Shown here: positions 1 to 13,677 of the stretch, in pieces | How the letters are laid out: each line of letters opens with the position of its first letter | Position numbering within the stretch: position 1 is the stretch's first letter | Source: Eledone cirrhosa | Taxonomy: Eukaryota | Reading direction: 5' to 3' | Assembly: GCA_964016885.1 (NCBI GenBank) | Contig: OZ024741.1 | Coordinates: 143,902,001 to 143,966,000 of the forward strand | Length of the DNA: 64,000 nt | Notes under the pieces: model-generated | The model's input: the letters and a program-made list of their open reading frames with translations, nothing else | The model's database searches: none | Told to the model about the DNA's origin: nothing | Made by a program: the position numbers and the translations under genes

Positions 1-3000
1 CATCCACAAACTTACACAATGCTTGAATATCATAGTTTGTCTCCTGTAAAATGTCTTGTGCTACATCCATTTCTTCATCTGGCTCTGGCATCCCGCAGTT
101 AGCTAATGTGCTATTCATTGCCTGAGCTTGATTGTAAATCCTGGGGGTACATTCCATATACATATTGCCATGATGTCTTTGGGCTAGGTGTAGATAGTTG
201 TCCGACATATTGTTTTTGTATTTCTGCCAGTGTAGATGAGCTTCATCAATTCCACATGCTGTGAGCATAATAGCAAATAATTGTCTTATTTGACTGGCTA
301 CTTGAGTGATTGCTGCTTCTTCTAGGCACTTCTTCCAGTGTCCATTGTCATGCAGGAGTCCATGCTGTTTACATGCTTCTTGGTATGTTGCGCACTCCCT
401 TCCTCTGAAGCACCTAAGATCCTCAAACAGTATGCAGAAGTAGCCGTAAATAAAAACATTCTCTGTTGTTGGGATGGACATTGTAAACACGCCCAATAGC
501 ATCACTTGATTTGACTTCATGACCTTCCACTAAATGACCCTGCTTTCTTCGATTCCAGGTCTTGCAATTGGTCCAGGTATAGTATGTTGGGACTTCAGCA
601 TATAGGAAGGATCGAGCAAATTCATCATTCTGGCAGAGTTTAAAGAAAGCAGTTAGTGTGATGCTTGTGCCAACTGATGAGCAGTGATCTCAGTGAAGTA
701 CACTCTCTGTCCATTTGCCAGATGGACTGCGAGGCTGACCACTGTTGGGTGGCGTTGGTGGATATCAAATCCAAAGATTTGCCAGATAGCTTCATTGCTA
801 GAGATGTATCGACCTGTTTGATACCGTTTGATCTCATCCAGCCCACCATCATTGAGTTCTTTGTCAGTAATAAAGGTAGCCATGTCACTGCCCTTGTTGA
901 TATATTTTGTGACATATAGGATTGCTTTGACGGAGCTGCAATACTCAACATTGATATGAGCTTTTAAAAGTTTACACAACAATTTGTTGTGTGGGACGAC
1001 CCACTGATTGTTTATGGTCAGCTCCTCTCCTCGAACTGTTAGGCTTGCAGTATTGCCTCCATGTTCTGGTCTACGCCTACGATAAAAGGGGTATCCATTA
1101 TTGTCAGTCCGAGTTTCCTGAATAAAATCTCTAGGATAATGTTTGCTGCATTTTTTATCTTTCATGTAGGGAGAGGCTGGATTGATAACTCCACGTGGAC
1201 CATGAATGAGTTTGGACTTGATAGTTTCAAAGACCTCTGGATCACCACCTTTATCAGGCAACTCTGCTGAAATGATCTTATCAACATCATCTGGTCTTAT
1301 CTTCTCCTTGCACCAGATTAGTGTGTGAGAGTGAGGAAGACCTCTCTTCTGCTACTCAATAGTGGTCATCTAAGCACTAAGCTCACCAAAGATTCTTCCT
1401 TCTTTTAGGAGCCAGATGAGTTTTTTTTTGCTTTTCATGGAAAACCCGAGCAATGAGGTCATGTCGATCCTTTAATTTTTGAATTTGAAATAATTCATTT
1501 GATATTTCTGACCAGTTTGAATTGCATGTAAATGTAATGAAGGGATCTGGCCGACCAAATTTTTTGACATAGGCCATTGCATCTTGCATACGTTCATGCA
1601 TGTAACGTGGTCCTCCCGTGAAGCTTGATGGTAGTATGACTGGCTGGCCAATATTTCTTGGGTCAACATCAGAATTGATGCCATCTCGAAGGTGGATATA
1701 GTTATCTGCCCTCAACTTAGTTTGATTCCTTTGCAGAAAACTCAATCTTTCTGTTTTAATTTTGGCACACATGTTCACCATGAACTGGCTGGTTACTTCT
1801 TTGAATCACAGAACTTGGTTGAAGTGATCATGTACCATGAAATGATAAGCATAGAATTCTTTGCAGCTGATTGATCGGCCAGTTTCTTGTCCCATTCCTG
1901 GGCTGATCTGCCGTAGCTGAAAATGATATCCATCTTGACCATTCCAAAAGATGAGCGGATATTGGAGTGAATCATAGACTCTATGAGTTTCACAAATTCG
2001 CTCCAAATGTCTACTTTGTTTTTGCAAAACAATGTCACATCGTTCATGCTGTTCATCAACCATTATGATTGCAACTTCATCAGTGACAGGTGCATTGATT
2101 CTGCGTTCATGTTCTGGAGCTGGGCGTTTGTCTGCCCTAATGATGATTTTACGATCTCTGGTGTTGTTCATATGCTCCAGTGCATATTTAAATACACTGA
2201 CGTACATGTGATGTTGGTGAAGCATTTCTTGTAACTTTATGACTATGTAGAACTGCAATCCACCATGGACATTGGTACATATTTGTTGTGCCTGTGTTTC
2301 ATTTCCACCCATTAAGTAAACCTGCACAAATTTGTGAGGCTCCTGTGAAAGTGGCAGAAGGCCACACTGTCCCTGAATTTTATAAGTTGTACAGAATCTA
2401 AAGTCAGTACAGAATCTAAAGTCAGTCACATTCCTGTCAGCCCCAAAAGATGTCATTTGGGGCTGAGCAGAATTATATTTTATGATGTATTTATTGAAGT
2501 GTTGTGCTTCTGGTGTATGCTGAAGGAGCAGATTCTTCAGAAATTCAGGAGGTTCTTGTATTGTTTTAAGGCTCACTTTGCCTTTTGAGCAGCATAGACT
2601 TGGTGTTTCTGCTGCCCACTCCTTGGCACCACAATACTGGCAGCATTTGTTCATTTTCCCAATGTTGATTTGTGGATTACTGCTGTAGTCCTTTTGGGGT
2701 CATAAGAAAAAGCACCCATCAGCCAGTTCACTTTACTTGTGGCTTGTTCTCCTGCTCGGGCAGTAGAACGATGTGCTTGATTAGCATTTCGTCTGATTTG
2801 CTGCTGTTCCTTAATTTGTTGTTTTTGTGTAGCAACAGTCCTTTGTTCCCTTTCATCCAAATGGTGTGCTCGTGCTAAAGCTGTTTGGACTCTGTTAGCA
2901 GCTAGACGGGCATGCCGGACTTCTTCCCTTTCTTCAGATCGCTGTGTTTTCTTTCTCTTAGCCTCTGAAGATGACCTTCCATATAATGATCTGGAATGTT

Positions 3001-4345
3001 TTCTAGGCATTTGAAGTGATATTATTACACACCACACGATAAAATAAAGTACCAGTAATGCACTGGAATAATTGCTGGCCTTCTGCCAAAAGTAGAAGCA
3101 ATTATTACATACCACATTCTTTCCGAAATAGAAACAACTATAGAATGTATTGTTCACTCAGTAAAGTTGTTTTAAAGGATCTCTTTATATGAATGTATAT
3201 TAGGTGTAATTAATTTTAGACATATGTAGAAAATATTGGAATTTTAGATTGTATTCTGAAATTATCATTTTTGATCCAACGCTCCCCAAAAAACGACAAA
3301 CACTACAAAAAAAAATATTTTCTGTGTTAATTCAAATAACAGCGGAAAATAATATATTCAAATAATATCTTTTAAAAATACCGTTTAATTTGTCTGTTAA
3401 AAACATACATATATACAACTTCTATAAAAGCATCTGTGATTTCTTTACACATATGTAGAAAATAAGCTTTGATGGTAACATAAATCGTCTGCTAAAGAAC
3501 GCCCCCTCCCCCCATAACACACACATGTGGACACATGTTAGGTAAAGAATCCCTCCAATCACCCTCCCTCTCTCTTGCCTCTTTACTTTTTTTCTCTCTC
3601 CCATCTTCTCTCTTTTCTTATTGTCTTTCTCTCCCCATCCGCCTCACTCCCTTTCTCTTTCTCATCTCCTCCCTTTCTCTCTCTCATCCTCTACAGAATA
3701 GCGAACAAAAAATAAATAAAAGATAAATAATATTGAGAGAGTTAAGAAGTGTGTAAAAATAATAAATAAATAAAAGTTAATGAACACTGGCTACTTTCCC
3801 TCTCTCTGTCCCATCCCATTACTCTCTCTCTCTCACATCCCCCCTTTCTCTACAGAATAGAGAACAAAAAATAAAGAAAAGATAAATAACGTTAAAGAAG
3901 CGGGAGAGTTAAAAAGTGTGTAAAAACAATAAATAAAAGTTAACAACGCTTGTTGCTTTCCCTCTCTCTCTTTCATCGTCTTTCTCTCTCATCCCCTTAC
4001 TCTCTTTCTTTCTCTCTCACATCCCCTTACTCTCTCTCTCCCATCCACTCACTCTCCCATCTCCCACTCTCTCTCTTTCTCTCTCATCCCTTACTCCCTC
4101 ACTCTCTTATCTACAGACTGGAGAACATAAAAAAAACAAAATGGATGATCTCTTTTGATATTCATTAGAAAATAAGATAAATTGAATTTAAATGAATTCC
4201 TTGCTTTGCAAAGTAAAACTTTTTCGACTGTCCGAGTGTATAGTGAATATGTACATGTAATTTTGAGGAGTTTGGTCAGGTAGTTTGCTAGTTTTAGGCA
4301 GACACACGGGATCGTAAACTTATATATATTTATATATATATATAT
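1..4345 (-). mobile_element. Decayed autonomous-type Helitron (RepHel), truncated by the window start
   Basis: Minus-strand ORF pieces give, in order: basic N-terminus (MPRKHSRS...KRKK), Cys cluster CQYCGAKEW...LCCSKGKV, 'YDSLQYPLIFWNG', 'ILPSSFTGGPRYM', Rep motif 'PDPFITFTCN', HUH motif 'E*QKRGLPHSH' (~1325-1365, premature stop) and 'YVTKYINKGSD'. Several frameshifts. The 5' end is placed approximately at the TATATA tract near 4320-4345. Confidence 0.9.
3038..3100 (+). mobile_element. 5'-truncated SINE 3' fragment inserted in the Helitron
   Basis: GATAAAATAAAGTACCAGTAATGCACTGG...AGAAGCA matches the window-wide SINE 3' end. Flanked by imperfect TSD ATTATTACACACCACAC / ATTATTACATACCACAT. Confidence 0.75.
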
Positions 4346-4346
<1 letters not shown>

Positions 4347-4376
<30 letters not shown>

Positions 4377-4900
4377 CCGTTTTACGTCCGTTCTTCCACG
4401 CTAGCATGGGTTAGACAGGTTGTCCTGTTGTGGGCAGTGTCTGGTCGGCTGACCATGCGTTGCTCATACAGGAACTGATTTGGCTTGATTTCTACAGCTG
4501 GATGCCCTTCCTAACACCAACCTCATTTACAGTGAATGCTGGGTGCTTTTTCGTGGCGCCTACACGTCCACTTTACAGTGTGGGCTGGGTGCTTTTTTTG
4601 CCGTGACACCTCCACGACCACCTTGCGGTGGGGGGTGTGGGGGAATATTGTCTATATGCTTCAGCTTGTACCCATGGGAGGTCGGGTACTCTGTATTACT
4701 GCATGACGCCAGAAGTATATATATATATTCCACTGCAAAGTGGTCGTGGAGGTGCCACGGAAAAAAAGCACCCAGCACTCACTGTAAATGAGGTTGGTGT
4801 TAGGAAGGGCATCCAGCTGTAGAAATCAAGCCAGAATCAGTTCCCATCCCACCCTTGCAAGCAGGGAAAAGTGGACGTAAAATGATGATGATGATGATGA
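4347..4900. mobile_element. Two oppositely oriented copies of a (CAT/ATG)n-tailed retroposon end
   Basis: GGCTTGATTTCTACAGCTGGATGCCCTTCCTAACACCAACCTCATTTACAGTGA (~4482-4535) recurs reverse-complemented at ~4779-4832. (CAT)n and (ATG)n tails lie at the outer ends. Related copies at ~35125-35290, 40425-40640, 43740-43900 and 63080-63425. Confidence 0.7.
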
Positions 4901-4950
4901 TATATGGACGCTTAGTAATAGACGTTTCTTATTCTTATTATTAGTGCACT

Positions 4951-5138
4951 AAAGGGCGGTGGATTGGCAGTATCGGTAGAGAGTCGGACGCCATGCTTTC
5001 CAGCATAGTTACGTCCCTTTACGATCTGAGTTCAAATCCCGCCGAGGTTGACTTTGCCTTTCATCCTTACGGGGTCGATAAAATAAAGTACCAGTAATGC
5101 ACTGGATAATTGCTGGCCTTGTGCCTAAAGTAGAAACA
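4951..5138 (+). mobile_element. tRNA-derived SINE with Nin/Deu-like core
   Basis: A-box-like TGGCAGTATCGG, B-box GAGTTCAAATCC, core GCCTTTCATCCTTACGGGGTCGATAAAATAAAGTACCAG. TSD ATTATTAGTGCAC on both sides. Confidence 0.85.
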
Positions 5139-5145
5139 ATTATTA

Positions 5146-5690
5146 GTGCACCAGCTCCTGCAATTCTTGCACTTAATTCAGCTTCATGCCTTCCATCACT
5201 TGTGAACACGGCCCCAAGATACTTGAATTTCTCCACCTGCTTCAGTGGAACTCCATTCACATGTAGAGTGCACTGTGCAGGCTTCCTAGAGAGGGCGACT
5301 GTCTAAGTTTTCACAGTACTGATTTTCATTCCAGCTATGCAGCACTTGGCATCAAACCTATCAACTGCAAGTCAGAGATCACCTTCTGTTGAATTAAGTA
5401 ACACCATGTCGTCAGCCTATTGTAACCCACTGATTCTATGCCCGCCAGTCGTAACACCACTTCCAACCCGGCTGTACATGTCAATCCTGTTCACGAAAAT
5501 AATGAACAGGAGAGGTGACAATACACACCCTTGGCAGAGTCTTACTCCCACATTGAATGGTTTTGATTTAGCACCATTTATCCAAACACAAATACTCGGG
5601 CATTCGTATAGAGACATCAGGACAGCAAGAAGTTGACCATTGATCTCATACTCATGCAAAACTTTCCACAGCAGTTTACGAGGAACTGTG
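5146..5690 (-). mobile_element. LINE reverse transcriptase fragment (RTE-like)
   Basis: Translations 'VPRKLLWKVL', 'QGCVLSPLLFIIF' and 'LKQVEKFKYLGAVF'; contains stops and frameshifts. Confidence 0.8.
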
Positions 5691-6852
5691 GTCTGTGCAT
5701 TGCTGGCTAATACAACAATAAATTTTGTCCTCATTACTAGCCCTGAGGTTTCTAAACGAATGACGTTAGTTTCTTTATTTCGAGAAATAGTTGAGGTGTG
5801 TAACAAAAATAACGCACAAGTGACCAGTGACATAAGGTTTTTCGCCTGCTTCTAGTACAAAGTTTACTAACCTGGTCAAAATTCAATTCTGAAAGTAATG
5901 GTGCTTTGGAATCAGGCTTGCATCCCTGTTCAGATGTTATGTTATGGTCTCTTAGTTCTTGAATGAGTCACAGAGGTTCTGTAATGATATGCAGCGTGTC
6001 TTGAGCATTTAAACCTGGTGCAGTCCTTCCTTCTCCACGCCTTAACACAGTCAATTTCTTCTAGGGAAAGAAGGAATGTGCAAACAAACCGCATTTAGCT
6101 TTGGCTCTTTACGTTCTGAGTTAAAATCCCGGCACGGTTAACTTTGCTTTTCATCCTTCTGAGGTCGATAAAATAAAGCTCCAGTCAAGTACTGGGGTCT
6201 ATTTAATCGACTTTCTGACTTATGCTTAATTTAGAAAAAAATATTATTATTTGGTAAATAGACATTGGAGTATCAAGTGAGTTGAAATGTTTAGAAATAT
6301 ATAAAATCTTGAACGCAGGAAAACAGACGTGAACGTGGGTTTAGAAAAAAGTGGCCAGCAGTCGCTTCCGTCAATAATGGTATTTCACCCTATTTTCTAA
6401 AGTTGTGTTCAAAGCTATTTTCCTGCATTCATGATTTTCCACATTTCTAAACATTATTATTACTATTTAATTGATTATTTATTTTCTTCATTTATTGTTG
6501 TTTAGCAAGGGAAGGGACAGAAGGGCAGAGGCAATGGCCCTCTTCAGGATCCCCTAAACTGGTAGACAGGATGAAGTAGATTCTGCTAAAGGCACCCGAT
6601 GGCCGTGTGGTAGTGTTAAGCCAAGCAGCTGATTAAATCTACTACCAAAGTAGGCCATAATGGGATTCGAATTCAGATGCCAAAGATGGAATAAATACAG
6701 CAAGGCACCTCACTCCACACCCTAGCAAAGCCACACACCTTCACCCATGATTAATGTAATGAAGGAGCGGTGGAACTGGGGAAGCCAGTTGTGACATAAT
6801 AGCTATAAAAGAAGCAACTCATTAAATTATTTATTGCTGTCATATTTACTCG

Positions 6853-9055
6853 TCCTGTCATATAAGATTACATACAAAATAAGTTACGCACACTTTCATA
6901 AAAGATTAAATACAACATAAGTTACACGCTCTGTCATAAAAGATTAAATACAATATAAGTTACACGCTCTGTCATATAAGATTACATACAAAGTACGTTA
7001 CGCGCTCTGTCATATAAGATTACATACAAAGTACGTTACGCGCTCTGTCATATAAGATTACATACAAAGTACGTTACGCGCTCTGTCATATAAGATTACA
7101 TACAAAGTACGTTACGCGCTCTGTCATATAAGATTACATACAAAGTACGTTACGCGCTCTGTCATATAAGATTACATACAAAGTACGTTACGTGCTCTGT
7201 CATATAAGATTACATACAAAGTACGTTACGCGCTCTGTCATATAAGATTACATACAAAGTACGTTACGCGCTCTGTCATATAAGATTACATACAAAGTAC
7301 GTTACGCGCTCTGTCATATAAGATTACATACAAAGTACGTTACATGCTCTGTCATATAAGATTACATACAAAGTACGTTACGCGCTCTGTCATATAAGAT
7401 TACATACAAAGTATGTTACACGCTCTGTCATATAAGATTACATACAAAGTACGTTACGCGCTCTGTCATATAAGATTACATACAAAGTATGTTACGCGCT
7501 CTGTCATATAAGATTACATACAAAGTACGTTACGCGCTCTGTCATATAAGATTACATACAAAGTACGTTACGCGCTCTGTCATATAAGATTACATACAAA
7601 GTATGTTACATGCTCTGTCATATAAGATTACATACAAAGTATGTTACATGCTCTGTCATATAAGATTACATACAAAGTACGTTACACGCTCTGTCATATA
7701 AGATTACATACAAAGTATGTTACATGCTCTGTCATATAAGATTACATACAAAGTACGTTACGCGCTCTGTCATATAAGATTACATACAAAGTATGTTACA
7801 CGCTCTGTCATATAAGATTACATACAAAGTACGTTACGCGCTCTGTCATATAAGATTACATACAAAATAAGTTACGTGCCCTGTCATATAAGATTACATA
7901 CAAAGTATGTTACGCGCTCTGTCATATAAGATTACATACAAAGTACGTTACGCGCTCTGTCATATAAGATTACATACAAAGTACGTTACGCGCTCTGTCA
8001 TATAAGATTACATACAAAGTACGTTACGCGCTCTGTCATATAAGATTACATACAAAGTATGTTACACGCTCTGTCATATAAGATTACATACAAAGTATGT
8101 TACACGCTCTGTCATATAAGATTACATACAAAGTACGTTACGCGCTCTGTCATATAAGATTACATACAAAGTACGTTACACGCTCTGTCATATAAAATTA
8201 CATACAAAGTACGTTACACGCTCTGTCATATAAGATTACATACAAAGTATGTTACACGCTCTGTCATATAAGATTACATACAAAGTATGTTACGCGCTCT
8301 GTCATATAAGATTACATACAAAGTATGTTACATGCTCTGTCATATAAGATTACATACAAAGTATGTTACACGCTCTGTCATATAAGATTACATACAAAGT
8401 ATGTTACATGCTCTGTCATATAAGATTACATACAAAGTACGTTACATGCTCTGTCATATAAGATTACATACAAAGTATGTTACACGCTCTGTCATATAAG
8501 ATTACATACAAAGTATGTTACATGCTCTGTCATATAAGATTACATACAAAGTATGTTACACGCTCTGTCATATAAGATTACATACAAAGTATGTTACATG
8601 CTCTGTCATATAAGATTACATACAAAGTACGTTACGCGCTCTGTCATATAAGATTACATACAAAGTATGTTACATGCTCTGTCATATAAGATTACATACA
8701 AAGTATGTTACACGCTCTGTCATATAAAATTACATACAAAGTACGTTACGCGCTCTGTCATATAAGATTACATACAAAGTACGTTACGCGCTCTGTCATA
8801 TAAGATTACATACAAAGTATGTTACACGCTCTGTCATATAAGATTACATACAAAGTACGTTACGCGCTCTGTCATATAAGATTACATACAAAGTACGTTA
8901 CGCGCTCTGTCATATAAGATTACATACAAAATAAGTTACGTGCCCTGTACACTAGATTACATACAAAATAAGTTACGTGCCCTGTACACTAGATTACATA
9001 CAAAATAAGTTACGTGCCCTGTACACTAATTACATACAAAATAAGTTACGTGCTC
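6853..9055. repeat. 38-bp tandem minisatellite, about 58 copies
   Basis: Unit CTCTGTCATATAAGATTACATACAAAGTACGTTACGCG; period 38 read directly (6967 to 7005); diverged units at both edges. Confidence 0.97.
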
Positions 9056-11229
9056 ATGTCAGAATGCAAGAGATATGTATAGTGAATAGCTGTTATAGTA
9101 CAGCATGTTCATATCGCGTAAATCATATACACCGTATTACTGTACATCTGTATGTAGGCATGTCTAGGTGGTTCACTTCACAATCGTTGTCTTTAATACA
9201 GTTTCGGATCGATCTAGGTCTTGTTGGTGAAATTGGGTAAACAGAAACTGTATGGAGGGTTAACAGATTAATTGTACAGGTAATTCAAAAGTGTAGCCTT
9301 GTCACATATTATGCCTCGCTGAGTATCCGGGAGAATTACATTAAGGGTTCACGTATCCAGGGCCTCTAAGAGAAATTTTTCAAAGTGGTATAAGACTCCT
9401 TTGGGGCCGAAGCAGGCAAAGATGTTTCTCAAAATGGATGTTGCATGGTTGCTGTGGGGCCTTCTTAGCTCTTGGGCACCGGCTAGACCCCCTCTCATAG
9501 ACCCTGCACATATTTCTGAAATATTCACTCATTTACACATTAATTCATGAGTCGAACATTCAGTTGGCATTTCTTTGACATAAAGAACTAGTGTTTTGCT
9601 ATTGCAGGTGAGATAGACCTCAGAATAACCGGAGACCTGGATAATCTTAGTATATACTTAGAATATACTAGAAAATGTGAAAGGAGTTTGAAAACGTCTG
9701 GGATTTTATTGGAACAATGAAACAGAAGTTTGATGATGAGGGAAGTGATTTTGTAATATATTGAGCATCAGGTAAAAAACAAAACCCAAGGTGGTCAGTA
9801 TGGATCTATTTCAACAAAAATTGTATTCATTGATAAAATGTAAAGTTTCTCAGATTTGTAAATCGTTGAAGGAAGGAATTCCAACGCATGGGACAAAGAA
9901 CCAGGGGCAACACAGTGCCAATCAGGAAAAATGAGCTTGTTGCATATCCGGTGCTCACATTTTAAAATTCTATTTTATATCTTTAAAATGTTAAAGTCTA
10001 TTCTGAGCTCGGAGGTTTATCAGGCCAGAGCTTATCTCAGTTTCATTGGCGGGAAACCACTGAGAGTACAAGACACTCAGTCCTGGACAAGACGCCAGAC
10101 CACCACAGGGTTAATCTCCTGCTCATACTCATTTTCAGCTTTGTGGACCAGGGCAACGTGAAATGAAATGTTTTGCTCAAGCACACAGGAACCCACGACA
10201 TTACGATCGCAAGTTAAACACCCTAGCCACTAAGCCACGCGCCTTCACAGGTCATCTATTACCTGTGTATACATCTACGCTTTATCTAAAAGTGTTAATA
10301 TATATTCCTAGTTCAATTCTAAATACATTTTTGTTTTTTGATAATTGCTTTTTTGAAAAAGAAGTTTTATGAAAGCAGCAAAAGAGAAGTAACTATTATA
10401 ACTTGGAACAATTTTTCGTTCATTCGCAAAAATAATTAAAGCTAATATATAGATAGGAAATGTGTATCGATTGAGGGTGAATTATAATGTAGAGACGATT
10501 ACTTGTTTTCGCAAACAGACATCTATTAGGAAGAGGTATGGTTTCTGTGTCACTCGACCTGCTAGAAATAGCAGCAAAATTTCCTTTAAATCACATCCTT
10601 GTGTCTTAAAAAGGTAACAGATTGGATAATGGTGTTCTAAACCCTACAAAAAGACAAAATGGTCATGGATGGGTTGTCTTTAATTTTCTTAAGCTAATCT
10701 AAAACAATAACCTAACAGAATACAGAGGAAGTCATAGTTGACCATGAATTTCTACTAGTAAGCTCGGGGAAAAGGTTTTTGTGCAAGACCAACAGTTTCC
10801 CATGCATGCCAATGTTATCTAAGGAAAAGACAAAGCTCGATACAGTTTCGTATCTATGTTGTCATAAATCATATACACACTATATTCAGTATATACACAT
10901 TATATATGATGTTGTCCAAGGGAAAGGCAAAGGCCGATACAGCTTGACACCAGTAACGTCGTAATTTATTATTTCCAACTGAATGAAATGGAGCAATGTG
11001 AAATAAATTGACTAAGAATCGAACTCACAACCTCACAATTGCGAATCCAGCACTCTAATCACTAACACGCGAACCTCTATGTAGTCGTTCAACTTGCTAG
11101 AATTAGCTGTCAAATTGCACTCTAGAATGGAACTCCGTCGGTTTCGACGATGAGTGTCCCAATTTTTCGATCAATGGAACAACCTACTCATGTAATTAAC
11201 GTACAAAGGATTGAGCATTCCACAGACAC

Positions 11230-11595
11230 GTGTATCCTTACCACTTTTCTCTCAGCTCATCCATGCCTTGCCGTTCAGACATACCAGCATAGCGCATCTG
11301 TTGGGGCATGATCGCTTCATTTCTCTCCAGCCTTCACATATCCTCTGTATTCTTCCATGCAACAATGCACATAGGAATCATACATCCACCTTTTCTTTCT
11401 TATAGATAACCTTTTGTTGCCTGCAGAAGTAGTAATTCTCTCAACTTTTTCCGTGCTGTTCTTATGTTAGCCCTTATGTTCCCAGAGCAGCAACCTCTTC
11501 CATTGCTAATTAAATTATCTAGGTAGCAGCAGCTATCAAACACATCTATGGTTCCTACCTGGGATTGGAAAACGTTTATTTCACTGATACTTTTA
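11230..11595 (-). mobile_element. Degenerate RTE-like LINE C-terminal fragment
   Basis: Minus strand reads '...RLERNEAIM...', similar to fragments at ~45040-45400 and 55490-55855. Confidence 0.5.
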
Positions 11596-11707
11596 CTACC
11601 AACTATCTCTGTACATCTGCTTCGTTTTTATGGAATAAACAAAACAAAAAGAAAAAAGAAAACTGAGTAGCTCCTAGTAAATCGTTTTAATTATGTAGAT
11701 TTTACTG

Positions 11708-11937
11708 TTAAAAGTCAGGCACCCATCCACATTGAGTGCAAAGTTTACACGAGTCTATATGAGAACCTTTGTTCTTACATGTGGCTTTTCTCTGCAGAAC
11801 TTCAGCTGGTAAGTTAACATGGGTTGCGTCACAATAAGGGGGATCTGTGGTGTACTTACAATTACAAATTTGAAAGCGAGCCTGAGATTTGGGGACAGTC
11901 CAACGAATAGGTTTTATTTCAGTCCCTTTGTGTGAAC
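11708..11937 (-). CDS. CISD3: CDGSH iron-sulfur domain protein (CISD3/MiNT-like), last coding exon
   Basis: Acceptor ttcttgcag|GT TCA CAC completes CDG|SH from the previous exon (phase 1). Reads SHKGTEIKPIRWTVPKSQARFQICNCKYTTDPPYCDATHVNLPAEVLQRKATCKNKGSHIDSCKLCTQCGWVPDF*, with TAA at 11710-11708. Second motif is C-x-C-x9-C-D-A-T-H. Confidence 0.92.
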
Positions 11938-13391
11938 CTGCAAGAATACAATTTTTTTTACAATTTCAAAAATGCAATACAATAAAAATAATAGTTTTGT
12001 TTTGATTTTTATATAATGTTTGATTTATAACGGAATACTCCTATGTTTTACAGGCAAAGATTTGAAACCGAATCTGAGGTTTCTCGCCTCTGGGACTAAC
12101 CATTATTGGAAAGTTCCCACCATTGTCCTGTCAAGACAGCAATGATAAACGTACATTCCACTTGACCTGTGACCCCAGCTTCTTGGGAGACAATATCCAC
12201 ATGGCTGATCATAAATCAACCTCATATACCCATCCTTCTAACTTTAATGTAATTATAAATACAAGGAGTTAAGGAACCCAACAAACAGACCCGAAGCAGC
12301 AGTCAGCAAGTGATAATGATGTAGGCATCAGTAGACTGTTTACCCTTTCTCTGTCCTGGCCCTTACTGTCTACCACCTTCTCGGCCACAGACACAGCCAG
12401 CCAGACATGCCTGCCTGACAATTTGACCACTACTACTACGAGAATAATATATTCTAAGAATAGGCACACACACACACACACACACATAGTAAGTGCATAT
12501 TGTTTACATTATATGCTCATCCTATTCTTCCTGTCATATTGTATCTGTAAGACACAACACAACTTTTACATCATCGTCTTCTCTGATACATGCATTCACG
12601 CTAGCTCGTAGCAGCTAGTAGATTAATGTACGGATAATTCCTGTCATAAATATTATTACTCGATGTTCAAAGTGAATATTGTTATTATAAAATAAACGTT
12701 GTTAACAACTCAATCATGGCATTATTCTTTTCATCAAACTACCATACAAAGAATACCACTTATCCGCTACACATTTATACTTAGAATATTGCGTTGAAAT
12801 ATTACTCACACACACATATATATATACATCCATATATATGTGTGTGTATATATCTCCCTCTATCTTTATTTCTTCTTCTATCTATATTTCTCCCTTTATA
12901 TCCATCCATCTATCTATCTTTTTTCTCCGTCACCCCCAGTCCTTAATACTGCCCTACCCATCAAAGCCTTTGTCTCAGCCTTTTGCGATTTGACACCGAC
13001 CTGGTCAATTATCTTCGCCATGTCTCTCCTATTAATATTAGTTCTAGGGCTATTGCTTGAACTAACTTTTATTAATTTAATTTACTCCTTCATTTCTACT
13101 ATGATTACCTAGTCCTTATTTGTGTTGCTTTCCCTGTCCATGTAGGTATGTTGTTATTTCTTCTTGTTACGTTTTGCGGTTTTTTTTTGTCCAACGTCCG
13201 TTGTGTTTTCATCCCAAATAGCTATCCATGGATAACTCAGTGGTTTCAATTGATGCACTGGTGGTGAATAGTTCTGTCTTTTAAAGCCTCCGAAACTATA
13301 ATGATCCTGAGAAAGACAACCAATGAGCGGGAATTGTCCATGTACTTGTCTCTTCTGCGTTTTCTGTTTCCTATATTTCTTCCAGGCGTTT

Positions 13392-13447
<56 letters not shown>

Positions 13448-13677
13448 CAAAGAAATACACAGACACATGCGAATACATACATATACATCTATATACACAC
13501 ATATATCCCTGAATTTGTGTGGTGCCAACCTTAACCGTTGTTGCTCTATGAATAATAGGGACAAAATAATCTGAATGGATTAGATTTTGATTCAATATCA
13601 GAGCTATATAATACATTATAAAGAACGAAGAGACATTAGATATAAATAAAAAGATATAATATACCTAAATTCCTTCA

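Noticed and set aside
4951-5050. SINE heads as functional tRNA genes
   Set aside because: They have A/B boxes but no complete cloverleaf, and continue into a SINE body flanked by TSDs.
6853-9055. CRISPR-like array
   Set aside because: Units are contiguous with no unique spacers, no cas genes are present and the context is eukaryotic.
13240-13360. Possible additional hammerhead (CGAAACTATA, CTGAGAAAG)
   Set aside because: I could not assemble the core and stems I-III in a valid order.
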